A stretch of 64,000 nt of DNA from an uncultured Chloroflexia bacterium (lineage in GTDB: Bacteria; Chloroflexota; Anaerolineae; B4-G1; SLSP01): the NCBI GenBank assembly GCA_963751345.1, contig CAVVUS010000014.1:128001-192000 (forward strand), in the 5' to 3' direction. The number at the start of each line of letters is the position of its first letter. Within the stretch, counting starts at the first letter, position 1. Positions 1 through 11,168 of this stretch are shown here, one piece after another. Under the pieces are notes generated by a model that saw nothing but the letters and a program-made list of their open reading frames with translations, was not told where the DNA came from and made no database searches. The position numbers and the translations under genes were made by a program.

Positions 1-766
1 TGACGCCTTTCAGGTCGTCCTCTCGCAGCGGCTGGCCCGCCCTACGGAGGCCGAGCCGTTCAGCATCTACCGGACCCTCCGCCGGGTCAATCCCTCCCCC
101 TATATGTTCTTCCTCGACCTGGGAGGCGAGCCCGCGACTTGCCTGATCGGGTCGTCGCCGGAGGTGCTGGTACGCCTGCAGGATCGCACCGCCGCCGTCC
201 GCCCCATCGCTGGAACGAGACCCCGGGGGAAGGATGCCGCCGATGACAAGCGACTGGAGGCGGAACTGCTGGCCGATCCGAAAGAGCGCGCAGAGCACGT
301 GATGCTCGTCGATCTGGGGCGCAACGATCTCGGTCGCGTCTGCGAGTTCAACACCATCCACGTGCCGGAGCTGTTCGTAACGGAGCGCTACTCTCACGTC
401 ATCCACCTCGTCAGCCACGTCGAAGGCCAACTGCGCGAGGGCCTCGACGCTTTCGATCTGCTGCGGGCCACTTTCCCGGCGGGTACGGTAAGCGGCGCGC
501 CTAAGGTCAGGGCGATGGAAATCATCGAGGAGCTGGAGGGCCTGCGGCGTGGGCCGTATGCCGGGGCCGTCGGCTACTTCGGCTTCAACGGCAATATGGA
601 CACGTGCATCACGATTCGCACCATCGTGATGCGAGGCCAGACGGCCTATCTGCAGGCCGGGGCCGGCATTGTCGCGGATAGCGACCCGGAGCGTGAGTAC
701 CACGAGACCCTGCATAAGGCCGAGGCACTCAGTACGGCCATACGGATGGCAGAGGAAGGAATCTAA
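1..766 (+). CDS. trpE: Anthranilate synthase component I (5' end outside window)
   Basis: Motifs [45 protein letters not shown]; first gene of the trp cluster. Confidence 0.95.
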   Translation, partial: DAFQVVLSQRLARPTEAEPFSIYRTLRRVNPSPYMFFLDLGGEPATCLIGSSPEVLVRLQDRTAAVRPIAGTRPRGKDAADDKRLEAELLADPKERAEHVMLVDLGRNDLGRVCEFNTIHVPELFVTERYSHVIHLVSHVEGQLREGLDAFDLLRATFPAGTVSGAPKVRAMEIIEELEGLRRGPYAGAVGYFGFNGNMDTCITIRTIVMRGQTAYLQAGAGIVADSDPEREYHETLHKAEALSTAIRMAEEGI

Positions 767-779
767 GGAGGAGAGAGCG

Positions 780-1370
780 ATGATACTGGTGATCGATAAC
801 TACGATTCGTTTACCTATAACCTGGTGCAATACCTGGGCGAGCTCGGGGCCGACATCGTCGTGAAACGCAACGATGCGATCACACTCGACGAGGTCAGGC
901 AGCTTCACCCCAGCCACGTCATCATCTCGCCCGGGCCGGGCACGCCGGAGGATGGAGGCATCTCCGTCGAGCTGATCCGGGCGCTCTACACGACGACGCC
1001 GATCCTGGGGGTCTGCCTCGGGCACCAGTGCATCGGGGCGGCCTTCGGCGGAAAGATCGACGCAGCGCCGCGTCTGATGCACGGCAAGACAAGCCCCATC
1101 TATCACTACAGCCAATCCATCTTCGATGGCGTGCCCAGTCCCTTCACCGGGATGCGCTACCACAGCCTTCTCGTCCACGAACCCGTGCCCGACTGTCTGA
1201 AGGTAACCGCCTTCACGACGGAAGGGGAGATCATGGCATTGGAACATCGGAGCGCGCCCGTGGTCGGCCTGCAGTTTCACCCCGAAAGTATCCTGACCGA
1301 GCACGGCAAGACCATTCTGAGCAATTTCCTCAACCTGTACGGAGGTTATCATGATCCGCGAAGCAATTGA
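780..1370 (+). CDS. trpG: Anthranilate synthase component II (glutamine amidotransferase)
   Basis: MILVIDNYDSFTYNL, SPGPG, GVCLGHQ, QFHPES; RBS aaggagga upstream of ATG 780. Confidence 0.93.
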   Translation: MILVIDNYDSFTYNLVQYLGELGADIVVKRNDAITLDEVRQLHPSHVIISPGPGTPEDGGISVELIRALYTTTPILGVCLGHQCIGAAFGGKIDAAPRLMHGKTSPIYHYSQSIFDGVPSPFTGMRYHSLLVHEPVPDCLKVTAFTTEGEIMALEHRSAPVVGLQFHPESILTEHGKTILSNFLNLYGGYHDPRSN

Positions 1371-2393
1371 TCGACTACTTGCGGGACAGTCCCTCTCGGC
1401 GGAAGAGGCCGAGGATGTGATGGACGAGGTCATGGGGGAGAGGCCACCTCGGCGCAGATAGCAGGCTTCCTCATCGCCCTCCGTGCCAAGGGCGAGACCG
1501 TGAACGAGATCACCGGCTGTGCGCGTGCGATGCGCCGGGCAGCGACCAGGGTCCATCCCAGCCACGACAGTCTGATCGACACGTGCGGGACCGGGGGTGA
1601 CAAAGCCGGGACCTTTAACATCTCCACCACGACGGCCTTTGTGGTCGCGGGCGCGAACGTCCACGTCGCCAAGCATGGCAACCGGAGCGTCAGCAGCAAG
1701 TCGGGCAGCGCCGACGTCCTCAAGGCTCTGGGCGTAGCCCTGGAGCTGACGCCTGACCAGGTGGCACAATGCATCGATGAGATCGGCATCGGCTTCCTCT
1801 TCGCCCCGCTGCTCCATCCCGCCATGAAATACGCCATCGGGCCGCGTCGCGAACTCGGCGTGCGGACGATCTTCAACATCCTCGGCCCGCTGACCAATCC
1901 CGCGGACGCGAAAGCCCAACTGCTCGGCGTGTACGACCCGGCCCTCACCGACGTCCTCGCCCACGTCCTCAAGGCGCTGGGATCGCGCGCGGCGTACGTC
2001 GTCCACGGCCACGGCGGGCTCGACGAACTGACGACCACCGGACCCAACCGCGTGAGCCACTTCGGCGTCGGCGACACTAACGGCACGGTCGTCACGGAGA
2101 CCCTGGACCCGCAGGACGTGGGCTTCGAGCTGGCAACGCGGGAGGAGCTTGCCGGCGGTGATCCTGAGGCGAACGCGGCCATCACCCTCGCCCTGCTCTC
2201 CGGCAGGGAGCGCGGCCCGCGGCGAGACGTGGTGCTGCTCAACGCCGGCGCCGCGCTGCTGGTGAGCGGCACGGCGACCGATCTGCCGGGCGGCATTGCG
2301 CAGGCGGCCGAGAGCATCGACAGTGGTGCAGCGCTCGAAAAGCTGCAGGCGCTCATCCGTACCAGCCAGAGGCTGGCTGCCCAAGCGGCATAG
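1351..2393 (+). CDS. trpD: Anthranilate phosphoribosyltransferase (frameshift near 1437, probably a sequencing error)
   Basis: ggagg RBS then ATG 1351 (MIREAIDRL); DTCGTGGD, NISTT, KHGNRS, FNILGPLTNP in ORF 1500-2393. Confidence 0.93.
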
Positions 2394-2399
2394 ACAGAG

Positions 2400-3205
2400 A
2401 TGATCACCGGAACGATCCTGGACGAGATTATCGCCCACAAGCGTGTGGAGATCGCACGGGAGAAAGAGCGACAGCCGCCGGCAGACGTCCGCGATGCGGC
2501 AGCGCACGCGGCGCGCGCCGCGGGACTTCCTTGCCGCCCTCCGTGCTCCGGGCGTCTCGCTCATCGCGGAGGTCAAGCGTGCATCGCCGAGCGCCGGGGA
2601 TCTGCGGCCGGACCTCGATCCTGCCGGCCAGGCCGGGATCTATGAGAGCAACGGCGCTGCGGCGATCAGCGTGCTTACCGATCAGCGCTTCTTCCACGGC
2701 AGCCTGGAGGATCTGCACGCCATCCGGTCCACGGTCTCGCTCCCCGTACTGCGCAAGGACTTCATCCTCGATCCCTACCAGGTGGCCCAGGCCCGCGCCC
2801 ACGAGGCGGACGCCATCCTGCTCATCGTCGCCGCGCTCGACGACGCCAGCTTGCGCGACCTTCAAGCCTTGGCCTTCGACATGGGGATGGCTGTCCTCGT
2901 CGAGGTGCACAACCGCGAAGAACTGGACCGGGCGCTCGCCCTCGACCCGCAGATCGTCGGCATCAACAACCGCGACCTGCGCACCTTTGACGTCAGCCTG
3001 GCGACAACCGCCAGCCTGCGCCCCTACGTCCCCGAGCGGGACGATGCTCGTCGCGGAGAGCGGCATCCACACCCCCGCCGACGTACGCCGGCTCCGCGAC
3101 ATCGGCGTCGACGCAATGCTCGTGGGCACAGCCCTCGTTACCGCAGCCGACACGCCGGCGATGGTGCGGTCGCTGGTGGCGGCGGGAGAACTGAATGGGG
3201 AATGA
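2400..3205 (+). CDS. trpC: Indole-3-glycerol phosphate synthase (two apparent frameshifts)
   Basis: ILDEIIAHK, IAEVKRASPS, LRKDFI, GINNRDL, VAESGI pieces across three frames. Confidence 0.92.
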
Positions 3206-3342
3206 AAGAATCAGGAATGAGCGACAAGGCGAGAGGATGAGAAAGTGAGAACTTCCGATCAATCGTCGCGCGTCACCCGTCACCGTCACACCGGGACCTC
3301 ACCGCCCTCGCTTCCCAGCCCTGACCGCCGGAGGCCCTGCCT

Positions 3343-4047
3343 ATGACTAAGATCAAGATCTGCGGCATCACCAACATCGACGACGCGGTCGTCGCGGCGG
3401 AGGCCGGAGCGGACTTCCTGGGCTTCATATTCCATCCGCCCAGCCCACGCTATGTCACGATCGACGCCGTGCGGGCCATCACCGGCGCGCTCTGGGCGAA
3501 GTTCGGCATCCAGGCGCCACGCTGCGTGGGCGTGTTCGTCGACGTGCCCGCAGATGTGGTGAGGACAACGATGGCACAGTCGGGGCTCGACCTCGCCCAA
3601 CTGCACGGCAGCGAACCACCCGACGTCGTGACCGCACTGCAGCCCTGTGCCTTCAAGGCGATTCGGCCACAAACGCGGGATGAAGCAGCCGCAGCTTACC
3701 ACGCCTACGTTGATACCGCTGCACCACGACGTCCCGACCGTCCGCAGCTGCTGGTCGATGCGTACCATCCACACGGTCGCGGGGGGCACAGGAGAACGGC
3801 GCCGATGTCACCATCGCCCGATGGCTTGCCGAACGATGTGTCATGATGTTGGCCGGTGGTCTGACGCCGGAGAACGTCGCCGATGCCATCGAGAGAGATG
3901 CAGCCTTGGGGCGTCGACGTCTCCAGCGGCGTCGAGGTGGCGAAGGGGCGCAAGGACCATACGAAAGTCAGAGCATTTATCGAAGCAGTGCGTTCGAGCA
4001 CGGCCGCGGTGCGCGCAAGCACTGCCGATCACGGAGTTACTCAATGA
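3343..4047 (+). CDS. trpF: Phosphoribosylanthranilate isomerase (frameshifted)
   Basis: [35 protein letters not shown]; TGA at 4045-4047 overlaps the trpB ATG. Confidence 0.9.
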
Positions 4048-5264
4048 CCACGACTCACAAGACACTGTTATTGTCCGACGGCCCTTACTACGGCGCCTAC
4101 GGCGGCCGGTTCGTCCCGGAGATCCTGGTGCCCGCAGTGCAGGAACTAGAGACGGCCTACGACAAAGCCCGTGCCGACCCGGCATTCCGAGCGGAGCTCG
4201 ACGAATTGTTGCATACCTACGCCGGACGCCCAACCCCTTTGTCGCCCGCCCACCGGCTGACAGAGGCGCTGGGCGGGGCACGGATCTACCTCAAGCGCGA
4301 GGACCTGGCGCACACCGGCGCACACAAAATCAACAATGCTTTGGGCCAGGCGCTTCTGGCACGGCGGATGGGTAAGCACCGCATCGTCGCAGAGACCGGC
4401 GCGGGGCAACATGGCGTGGCGACGGCCACCGTCTGCGCGCTGCTGGGGATCGAGTGTGTTATCTATATGGGCACCACCGATATCGAGCGCCAGAGCCTCA
4501 ACGTCTTCCGTATGAAGCTTCTCGGTGCGGATGTTCGCGCAGTGGATAGCGGCAGTTGCACGCTCAAGGATGCCATCAATGAAGCCATTCGCGATTGGGT
4601 CACCAACGTGGAGAGCACGCACTATCTGCTCGGGTCGGCGCTGGGCCCCCATCCCTACCCGCGCATTGTCCGCGATTTCCAACGCGTCATCGGGGTAGAG
4701 GCGAGACAACAGATCCTCGACGCCGAGGGACGGCTGCCCGACCTCCTCATCGCGTGCGTCGGCGGGGGCTCCAATGCCATCGGCCTCTTCCATCCGTTCC
4801 TGGACGACCTGGACGTGGCTATGGTCGGCGTGGAGGCCGGGGGAACGGGCATCGAGGGCGGGCGACACGCTGCCCGCTTCGCCGATCCCGAGAGAGGTCG
4901 ACTGGGCGTGCTCCACGGGACCCAGACCTACGTGCTGCAGGATTCCGACGGACAGATCGCGCTGACCCACAGCATCTCCGCCGGGTTGGACTATGCCGCG
5001 ATTGGGCCGGAGCACGCCTGGTTGCGCGACGTGGACCGTGCCGACTATACCTACGCCACCGACGATGAAGCCCTGGATGCGCTCCAACGGCTCAGCGAAC
5101 TGGAGGGCATCATCCCTGCGCTGGAAAGCGCCCACGCCGTTGCGGAGGCGATCAAGCGTGCTCCACAGATGTCGCCCAACAACCTGATCATCGTGAACAT
5201 CAGCGGTCGTGGGGATAAGGATATGCATACGGTCGCGGGAGCGCTGGGGGTGAGGCTGACGTAG
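4044..5264 (+). CDS. trpB: Tryptophan synthase beta chain
   Basis: [24 protein letters not shown] (PLP lysine), [16 protein letters not shown]. Confidence 0.97.
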   Translation: MTTTHKTLLLSDGPYYGAYGGRFVPEILVPAVQELETAYDKARADPAFRAELDELLHTYAGRPTPLSPAHRLTEALGGARIYLKREDLAHTGAHKINNALGQALLARRMGKHRIVAETGAGQHGVATATVCALLGIECVIYMGTTDIERQSLNVFRMKLLGADVRAVDSGSCTLKDAINEAIRDWVTNVESTHYLLGSALGPHPYPRIVRDFQRVIGVEARQQILDAEGRLPDLLIACVGGGSNAIGLFHPFLDDLDVAMVGVEAGGTGIEGGRHAARFADPERGRLGVLHGTQTYVLQDSDGQIALTHSISAGLDYAAIGPEHAWLRDVDRADYTYATDDEALDALQRLSELEGIIPALESAHAVAEAIKRAPQMSPNNLIIVNISGRGDKDMHTVAGALGVRLT

Positions 5265-5398
5265 CCGGTGACGATATGATCGAAGGCTGCTCTCTCGTTC
5301 GTTGTCTCGCGCTTACGCTCTTTCGCTCACTCGCTTTTTCGCTGATTCTGTATTCTTGTATTCTACGATTCTTACATCCTTGCTTCCCGGAGGTCCCT

Positions 5399-6193
5399 TT
5401 GAGCCGTATAGAAGCCACATTTCAACAGTTGAGACAGGCGGGGCGTACGGCGCTGATGCCTTATCTCACGATGGGCTATCCCGAACGCGATAGCGCGCTC
5501 TCGCTCGTGCCCGCCATCGCAGAGGCCGGTGCCGATCTGATCGAGTTGGGCGTTCCCTTCAGCGATCCTCTGGCGGACGGACCCACGATCCAGGCGTCCT
5601 CCCAGCGAGCGCTGGAGAACGGAATGAGCCTTTCGCGCTGCCTGTCCCAAGCCAGGGCCCTGCGCGCCGCAGGAGTGAAAATCCCCTTTGTCCTGATGGG
5701 ATACTACAATCCCGTCCTTCAACTCGGCATCAAGCGTTTCGCAGGCGAGGCCGCCACTGCCGGTATCGACGGCGTGATCATTCCGGACCTGCCTCCGGAA
5801 GAGGCAGAGAGCGTGCAGCCTGTGCTGCAGGCGGCGGGTCTCGACCTGGTCTACCTCGTCGCGCCGACCTCCGACGCCGCCCGCATCTACACCGTCACCG
5901 AGCATTCGGACGGCTTTGTCTACCTGGTCTCGCTCGTGGGGGTGACGGGTGCTCGAGACCAACTGACCCGCGATTTGGGGGAGTTTGTCGCCCGGGTCAG
6001 AGCCGCGACGTCAAAGCCCCTCGCCGTCGGGTTTGGCATCGGCACGCCCGAGCAAGCTGCAGAGGTCGCCGGTCTGGCCGACGGCGTGATCGTCGGCAGC
6101 GCTCTGATCAAGGCGATTGGTGGAGCCGAGGATCCCGTAGCAGCGGCCCGTGACTTCGTGGCAGCGCTGCGCCAGGGCATCGAGGAAGCCTAG
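5399..6193 (+). CDS. trpA: Tryptophan synthase alpha chain
   Basis: ELGVPFSDPLADGPTIQ, GVTGAR, VGFGI, GVIVGSA; TTG start after ggaggt. Confidence 0.95.
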   Translation: MSRIEATFQQLRQAGRTALMPYLTMGYPERDSALSLVPAIAEAGADLIELGVPFSDPLADGPTIQASSQRALENGMSLSRCLSQARALRAAGVKIPFVLMGYYNPVLQLGIKRFAGEAATAGIDGVIIPDLPPEEAESVQPVLQAAGLDLVYLVAPTSDAARIYTVTEHSDGFVYLVSLVGVTGARDQLTRDLGEFVARVRAATSKPLAVGFGIGTPEQAAEVAGLADGVIVGSALIKAIGGAEDPVAAARDFVAALRQGIEEA

Positions 6194-6197
6194 CGTC

Positions 6198-6259
6198 AAG
6201 ACCTTTGGGGTTTCTCTGTCGAGTGAGTGCCTGCTAGACAAAGAAACCCCAAAGGTCTT
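6198..6259. repeat. Long inverted repeat after trpA (REP-doublet-like; may also act as terminator)
   Basis: aagacctttggggtttct ... agaaaccccaaaggtctt, perfect 18-bp arms. Confidence 0.75.
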
Positions 6260-6337
6260 CTGCCCTTGAGGTTCACGCCGGGCGATGCTATGATATCAGG
6301 CAGCGAAACCCCAACGACATCACCATAGGAGAAAGCC

Positions 6338-6889
6338 ATGAACGTCCTTGTCATCTATTCGAGTCCGAACCGTGACGGCCTGACCGCTGCCTGTGCCAAC
6401 GCAGCCTTGGAGGGTGCACGCGCGGCAGGCGCGACCGTCGAGGAAGTGCGACTTAACGATCTCGACGTCGGCATGTGCCAGGCATGCAACAATGGCTGGG
6501 GCACCTGCTCGCCGGAGCATGAGTGCCAGGTCGAGGATGATTTCCAGGCCCTTCACGCCAGGACGTGCGCTGCAGATGCGCTGATCCTGGTCACACCCGT
6601 TTACTGGGGGGAGATGAGTGAATCCGCCAAAGCGTTCACCGACCGCTTCCGCCGCTGTGAGGCTACCCGCGGCGACCAGAGTGGCCTGGCAGGTAAGCCC
6701 GTGCTCGCCGTCGCGGCGGCCGGGGGCAGCGGTGGCGGGATGATCACCTGTCTGGCGAGTATGGAACGCTGGATCCGCCACGTTCGTGCCTCGGTCTGGG
6801 ATCTGCTGCCCGTCAACCGCTGGAGCAGGGCCTACAAACTGACCGCAATTCAGCAGGCCGCTGGGGCGATGGTAGAGGCGCAATCTTAG
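6338..6889 (+). CDS. Flavodoxin-fold / iron-sulfur flavoprotein family protein
   Basis: SSPNRDGLT FMN loop, CQAC..C..C cluster, TPVYWG; RBS aggaga. Confidence 0.8.
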   Translation: MNVLVIYSSPNRDGLTAACANAALEGARAAGATVEEVRLNDLDVGMCQACNNGWGTCSPEHECQVEDDFQALHARTCAADALILVTPVYWGEMSESAKAFTDRFRRCEATRGDQSGLAGKPVLAVAAAGGSGGGMITCLASMERWIRHVRASVWDLLPVNRWSRAYKLTAIQQAAGAMVEAQS

Positions 6890-7010
6890 CATCTGCGCTC
6901 ACGGGGTACAGGGGACGTGGGACAATCTTTCCGGGTGGCAGGTCCCGGCGAGGCACAATCCAGGTCAGGAAGCACGCTCTGACCCTGTAATCTCTGACTC
7001 CCTGCCCCTG

Positions 7011-7039
7011 TTGATAATACAGTCAATTCGCTGTATACT
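7011..7039 (+). promoter_or_regulatory. Sigma70-type promoter of the TA operon overlapped by a palindromic operator
   Basis: TTGATA-17bp-TATACT; inverted repeat ATACAG-N8-CTGTAT at 7017-7036. Confidence 0.6.
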
Positions 7040-7076
7040 ATGTACATTCCAATGAAGGTATAACAGGAGGTGCGAC

Positions 7077-7346
7077 GTGTCTCAAAAGGTGAAAGTCACA
7101 GTGACACTTCCCTCCGAGATCATGGAAGTCATTCGCAAGGAGGCAGAGCCACGCGGCTACAGCAAGTTCATCGCCGACGCGGTGACCTATTACATCCAGG
7201 AGCAACAGAGGTCGGCCCTGAGAGAGAGGCTGGTTGAGGGCTACCAGGCCAGCGCCGAGCGCGACCAGACACTAGCTGAAGAGTGGCGCGCTCTTGAGGA
7301 TGAAGTGTGGTCGGAGAACGATGTCCCGATTGAGGAAGACGAGTGA
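7077..7346 (+). CDS. Ribbon-helix-helix antitoxin (MazE/EndoAI-like)
   Basis: KVTVTLP...SKFIADAV RHH pattern, LVEGYQ, acidic tail; 4-nt overlap with the toxin. Confidence 0.8.
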   Translation: MSQKVKVTVTLPSEIMEVIRKEAEPRGYSKFIADAVTYYIQEQQRSALRERLVEGYQASAERDQTLAEEWRALEDEVWSENDVPIEEDE

Positions 7347-7699
7347 CGGGGCGGCGCTTCCGGCGAGGGGACATCTGGACGGTAAACCTTGAGCCGGTTG
7401 TGGGCTCGGAACAGGGCAAAGCCCGTCCCGCGCTCATTATCCAGAATGACATCGGCAACCTTTACAGCCCAGTGCTAATCGTGGCAGCTCTCACCTCGGG
7501 GGACAACGCGCGCTACGACGTGCAAGTCGAAGTCAAGGCCCCGGAAGGAGGATTGCGCCGCAACTCGATCGTGCTCCTGAACCAGATCCGAACGATCGAC
7601 AAGCAGCGGCTGGGACGGTACTGGGGGCATCTGTCCACACAAACGATGCAGCGGGTGGACGAAGCCATCAGGATCAGCTTGGGCCTGGTACCACTCTAG
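7343..7699 (+). CDS. mazF: Type II toxin, PemK/MazF endoribonuclease
   Basis: RRGDIWTVNLEPVVGSEQGKARPALIIQND, QIRTIDKQRL, EAIRISLGL. Confidence 0.92.
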   Translation: MTGRRFRRGDIWTVNLEPVVGSEQGKARPALIIQNDIGNLYSPVLIVAALTSGDNARYDVQVEVKAPEGGLRRNSIVLLNQIRTIDKQRLGRYWGHLSTQTMQRVDEAIRISLGLVPL

Positions 7700-7779
7700 G
7701 TTCTTTCGACGATCGTACGGCGTCGGACGCCGTGCGATCCTGGCTTCACCTCATTGAGAAGCGGTACCGCTCTCGCCGC

Positions 7780-8748
7780 TCAACTATATCCGTGATACGG
7801 ATCGAACATCTCCCCCACACTTCGCCCGAGGTGCACACGCTGGATGACGCCCGACAGGAGTGGGGCGACCGAGATAATCGTCATGTTGGGCATCTTCTTC
7901 TCCGGCGGAATCGGCACCGAGTCGGTCATGACAAGCTCGGTGAATGGGTGTCGCCGGAGTTGATCGACCGCATCGGCCGAGAGAATCGCGTGCACAAAGC
8001 AGCCATAGATGTCGCGCACGCCCGCCTGAGACAGCGCCGAAGCCGCATCGCAGATCGTACCGGCCGTATCGACCTCGTCGTCCACAATGATGGCGTCCTT
8101 GCCCGACACCTCCCCGATGACCGTCAGCGCCTCGGTACGCATGTCGATCCGTCGCTTCTCCACAAAGGCGACAGGGAGATCGAGCTCGGTGGCAAACGTG
8201 CGTGCCTTCTTCGCAAAGCCCAGATCGGCCGCAACCACCACAGCGTTCTGCAAATCCTTCTGCCGCATATAGTCGGCCAGCAGCGGGAACGCCGTGATAA
8301 CGTCACCCGGGATGCTGAAGAAGCCCTGGATCTGGCCCGAATGCAGGTCCAGCGTAATGTAGCGGTCGGCGCCTGCAGCGCCGATCATGTCAGCGACGAG
8401 GCGGGCCGTGATCGGGATGCGCGGTTGGTCCTTCTTGTCGGAACGTGCGTAGCCCAGATAGGGAATGACCGCCGTTACCCGCCCGGCCGACGCACGCTTC
8501 AGCGTATCGATGAAGATCAACAATTCCATCAGGTTATCATTGGTGGGCGCTGACGTGGTCTGGATGATGAAGACGTCTTGACCGCGCACGCTGGAACCGA
8601 GGCGAACGAAAAGGTTGGTGTTGGGGTAGGTAATCACCTCACGCTTACATAGGTTGCGGTCGAGATACTTGGCAATCTGGGAAGCCAAATCAGGAGAGCC
8701 GGTCCCGCCATATAAGAGGATTTCACTAGCACATCCTACGTCTGCCAT
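7780..8748 (-). CDS. prs: Ribose-phosphate pyrophosphokinase
   Basis: VIPYLGYARSDKK, DLHSGQIQGFF, IVDDEVDTAGT. Confidence 0.93.
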   Translation of the reverse strand: MADVGCASEILLYGGTGSPDLASQIAKYLDRNLCKREVITYPNTNLFVRLGSSVRGQDVFIIQTTSAPTNDNLMELLIFIDTLKRASAGRVTAVIPYLGYARSDKKDQPRIPITARLVADMIGAAGADRYITLDLHSGQIQGFFSIPGDVITAFPLLADYMRQKDLQNAVVVAADLGFAKKARTFATELDLPVAFVEKRRIDMRTEALTVIGEVSGKDAIIVDDEVDTAGTICDAASALSQAGVRDIYGCFVHAILSADAVDQLRRHPFTELVMTDSVPIPPEKKMPNMTIISVAPLLSGVIQRVHLGRSVGEMFDPYHGYS

Positions 8749-8810
8749 CGAGGTCCCCCCTTGCGATTATGGTTAGAATACAGCTAATGCGTTTGAACCC
8801 TACGCTTCGC

Positions 8811-9810
8811 TCAGGACAGGCTGTGCGAACGTTCCAGCGCGGCAGCCAGCAACTCCCGTGCGACCGATGCCGGATCCTGCTCACGACGTAGAACGGTCGA
8901 CACTGCGGCGTCGACTTGCTCCTCGTCCAATCGTCCAGCGATCCACGCCCGCAGGTAACACTGCAACCAAGTCTCTACCTCTGCCCGGGCCTGACGAGAG
9001 CGTAGAAGCTCCCATCCGCCACTCGATTCGAGGTAGGCACGGTGCCGGCCAATCGCCTCCACCAGCGCGCCGATCCCGCTCCGCTTCAAGGGCACTGGTC
9101 TCGAGCACAGGAACCGCCCAGCCGGCATCCCCTTCCCCCAATCCGAGAATCTGCATCTGCGCGGCACGCAGCGCCTGGACCGTCCGGTGAGCCTCCGGGC
9201 GATCTGCCTTATTGACGACGATGATGTCCGCGATCTCCATCAGGCCCGCTTTGAGCGCCTGAACGTCATCCCCCATGCCGGGTGCCTCGACCAGCACGAC
9301 CGTGTGGGCAACTCGGGCGACATCGACCTGGACCTGACCGGCGCCCACGGTCTCCACGAGGATCATAGGGATGCCCAGGGCGTCGAGAACTGTGACCACC
9401 CCACGGGTCGCGTGGGCAATGCCACCCGGATGTCCCCTTGAGGCCATACTGCGGATGAACACACCCGGATCGTCGGTCAGATCACGCATTCTCAGTCGAT
9501 CGCCCAACAATGCGCCGCCGGAAAAGGGGCTGGTCGGATCCACAGCCACGACGGCTACCTCTAGTGCTTTGAGACGGAACTCCCGGACGACCTCGTTGAC
9601 CAGGGTGCTTTTGCCGGCGCCCGTCGACCCCGTGAAGCCGACGATGTGCGCTTGTCCTGAACGGGGATAGAGCTCCGCCAACGCGGTCTGGCCCTCGGGG
9701 TGGCCGTTTTCAACCAGGGTCAGGAGGCGAGCCGTCGCACGCCGATCGCCCTTCAGCGCCTGAGAGACGAGGTGCAGGCCATCGGGAAGCTGCCTAGACG
9801 CTTTCGTCAA
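8811..9810 (-). CDS. meaB: Methylmalonyl-CoA mutase-associated GTPase (frameshift near 9075)
   Basis: [45 protein letters not shown]. Confidence 0.9.
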
Positions 9811-10225
9811 AGGCGTCGCCTTCCACCGTCTCGCGTATGCAGGAGATAATGGATTGGGTCGTGGTGCCGGGGCCGAAAATCATCGCCACGCCCATCGCAT
9901 GGAGCTCGGGGATATCGTCTTGGGGAATGATGCCGCCCAGGAAGACCGGGACATCGTCCAGGCCGCGCTGGCGGAGCGCCTCAATAATCCGGGGGACCAA
10001 CGCCATATGTGCGCCGGACAGGATTGAGAGGCCTACGATATCAACGTCCTCCTGCAGCGCCGCCTCTGCCACCATCGAGGGGGTCTGCCGTAGTCCGGTG
10101 TAGATGACCTCCATCCCGGCATCCCGCAGGGCGCGAGCAACGATCTTTGCCCCTCGATCGTGGCCATCCAGCCCCGGCTTGGCAATCAATACACGAATCT
10201 TGCCGCTCAACGCCTCGTCTCTCAA
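9794..10225 (-). CDS. Cobalamin-binding subunit of a methylmalonyl-CoA mutase-family enzyme
   Basis: [13 protein letters not shown] (DxHxxG), [14 protein letters not shown]. Confidence 0.92.
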   Translation of the reverse strand: MRDEALSGKIRVLIAKPGLDGHDRGAKIVARALRDAGMEVIYTGLRQTPSMVAEAALQEDVDIVGLSILSGAHMALVPRIIEALRQRGLDDVPVFLGGIIPQDDIPELHAMGVAMIFGPGTTTQSIISCIRETVEGDAFDESV

Positions 10226-10270
10226 TCCCGACTCCCCTCACATAAAGGCGTCGTCAAGGGTTCGCCAGGC

Positions 10271-10870
10271 CTACAGCTTAGCACCGCAATTGACGCACAA
10301 CGTGGCTTCAGGATCGTTGAGAAACCCGCACCGTCCACAGACGATAGGCTGCGCCTCCGCCAACGGCGCCTGACATGCCTTGCAGTTCTGGGCGCCGATA
10401 TCATTCGGCGTACCACAATAGGGGCAGATGACGTGCATGAGCGTGCCCGCAACGCCACGCGCGCTTCCCTGGGCCTGGCAGTACTCATCAACAGCCTTCC
10501 ACACCTCAGAGCGCAGGCCCAGCCAGCGTACATTGCGTGCAATATCATCAAGATCGCCGAGGAGTCGGAAAGGGTTGAGCCAAGCCTGCACGCCACTCTT
10601 GGCCATATCCGCCGCGACGCTCAGCAGCTTCTGCTCACTGACCGCTACGGTGATCCCCGTAGCGGTGGGCGAAATATGGATGGTCACCGCGGTCGTCGGA
10701 TCTTCGTACTCCATCTGACGGTTCTGGATCTGCACGACGGCACGGCCGGCATCCCCCGCTAACCAGTGAGCCTGGGTCTCTCCCTCGTTGAAGCGCAGTA
10801 CGAGGTCCTGGGCAAGTTCTTTCGGATCGAGCTGACCGTGGTAGGCTCGCTGCTCAACCTTCTCCGGCAT
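10271..10870 (-). CDS. Hypothetical protein with C-terminal double zinc ribbon
   Basis: CPYCG, CKAC, CGRCG, CVNCG. Confidence 0.7.
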   Translation of the reverse strand: MPEKVEQRAYHGQLDPKELAQDLVLRFNEGETQAHWLAGDAGRAVVQIQNRQMEYEDPTTAVTIHISPTATGITVAVSEQKLLSVAADMAKSGVQAWLNPFRLLGDLDDIARNVRWLGLRSEVWKAVDEYCQAQGSARGVAGTLMHVICPYCGTPNDIGAQNCKACQAPLAEAQPIVCGRCGFLNDPEATLCVNCGAKL

Positions 10871-10887
10871 ATTGTGACTCCCCTGAT

Positions 10888-11157
10888 TTACCCGAGTTGG
10901 ACAAAGTCCTCAGCGGGCAAAACGAAGATGGTCGCCTTGTGCTCATTCGGGTTCTCAGGTGGGCGACAAGCCGCCTGGATTGTCGCAAAGAGCAACTCCA
11001 GTTGCTCCTGATCCACGCCAATCAGCAGCGTCACGTTCCCGCGGCGCAAGAACCCACCGGTACTCGCTATGCGCGTCATCCGGAAATCGTTCTCGACGAG
11101 GGCATCTGAAACGTCCATGGCATCCGAATCCTTGACGATCGCGACAACTAGTTTCAT
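10888..11157 (-). CDS. darA: PII-like cyclic-di-AMP receptor (DarA/PstA family), short form
   Basis: MKLVVAIVKDSD, TRIASTGGFLRRGNVTLLIGV, ATIFVLP; RBS ggagag. Confidence 0.82.
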   Translation of the reverse strand: MKLVVAIVKDSDAMDVSDALVENDFRMTRIASTGGFLRRGNVTLLIGVDQEQLELLFATIQAACRPPENPNEHKATIFVLPAEDFVQLG

Positions 11158-11168
11158 CTCTGCTCTCC

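Noticed and set aside
3200-3251. TRAP-binding (G/U)AG repeat site in the trp operon
   Set aside because: NAG triplets are irregularly spaced and not at a leader or RBS; no mtrB in the window.
8798-8822. Single REP-like fragment (cttcgctcaggacaggc) at the meaB 3' end
   Set aside because: One partial copy in the window; cannot be established as a repeat here.
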